NCBI RefSeq assembly: GCF_006345805.1
Contig: NC_043007.1
Span: 66,402,001 to 66,466,000, forward strand
DNA length: 64,000 nucleotides
Source of the DNA: Octopus sinensis
Taxonomy: Eukaryota
Reading direction: 5' to 3'
Both the position numbers and the translations under genes were made by a program. The notes beneath the pieces were generated by a model. The model searched no databases and had not been told where the DNA came from. It worked only from the letters and a program-made list of their open reading frames with translations. Numbering within the stretch: the stretch's first letter is position 1; every line of letters begins with the position of its first letter. Shown here piece after piece: positions 63,881-64,000 of the stretch.

Positions 63881-64000
63881 AACAACATCCGTATCCCACC
63901 CAGTTTTTACAGGCAACTATATTAAGCGACTCATCGAATCACATGAGATTACTTCCTCTCCCTCTCATCCGTTCTTTTGTCTGCAGACACCCGTTTAACA

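Overview
AT-rich, microsatellite-saturated, non-coding eukaryotic DNA. The repeat families resemble those of a coleoid cephalopod (Octopus-like); this is inferred from recognition, not from a search. I found no host protein-coding exon I can support, and nearly all ORFs in the track are microsatellite translations. The window is a layered collection of mobile elements: (1) several tRNA-derived SINE families with shuffled heads, cores and tails, labelled A, B, C, E and F here; (2) decayed restriction-like-endonuclease (RLE) non-LTR retrotransposons (R4/Dong-like copies ending in (TAA)n, a HERO-like 3' end) and an RTE 3' end; (3) a Penelope-like element (PLE) remnant with inverted pseudo-LTRs, plus several small fold-back elements in (TA)n tracts; (4) a full-length DD41D (rosa/Visitor-type) Tc1/mariner fossil with 98-bp TIRs and a DD34D mariner apparently split by an inversion; (5) two non-autonomous Helitrons. 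The most notable unannotated signal is a set of minimal type-I hammerhead ribozyme motifs, some canonical and some core variants, tied to the PLE and fold-back structures. Coordinates of decayed repeats are approximate, typically within 10-20 bp.
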